A DNA stretch of 48,719 nucleotides, filler included, from Catajapyx aquilonaris (taxonomy: Eukaryota): assembly GCA_000934665.2 (NCBI GenBank). It is 3 parts of 3 records of this genome, joined end to end, with 100 filler letters (N's around TTAATTAATTAA, not from the genome) between each part and the next. Parts side by side here need not be neighbours in the genome. Positions count along the whole stretch, not along the records: positions 32,543 to 48,719 come from JYFJ02007271.1; 2 more parts are not named here. The stretch is one strand, 5' to 3'. A program made the translations under genes and the position numbers. This document shows positions 48,602-48,719 of this stretch, in pieces (the first letter of the stretch is position 1; each line of letters starts with the position of its first letter). The notes below the pieces were generated by a model that worked only from the letters and a program-made list of their open reading frames with translations, searched no databases and was not told the DNA's origin.

Positions 48602-48719
48602 TATTATATTAGGCGTATTCGGCAATTCAGAAATCTGACTTCCTGGGCTGTTTGAATGTTCGGCAAATCAGGTGCCACGCCCCCTGAAGTAAGTGCGCAT
48701 GCGCCCTACCTGACATCCC

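Overview
Eukaryotic (invertebrate metazoan-like) genomic DNA with GT-AG introns, SINEs and many DNA-transposon remnants. It is made of three contigs joined by artificial N44-TTAATTAATTAA-N44 spacers at 16172-16271 and 32443-32542. Contig 1 (1-16171) holds a tandem array of secreted C-type lectin/mucin genes: one intact 4-exon gene with three CTLDs, a disrupted partial paralog, the last exon of an upstream paralog and the first exon of a downstream one. Contig 2 (16272-32442) is mostly decayed mobile DNA (Ginger-like integrase, LINE RT, SINE, Helitron helicase, a 3' LTR with PPT) plus unexplained coding-like remnants. Contig 3 (32543-48719) holds three tandem minus-strand C2H2 zinc-finger paralogs: one intact 4-exon gene, one pseudogene and one running out of the window. 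They carry an unrecognised N-terminal coiled-coil exon, a conserved atypical C2-C-H finger and strongly divergent DNA-contact residues, and are interleaved with a Polinton-type DNA polymerase B remnant and nested MITEs. All calls come from manual reading and translation; no database searches were run.
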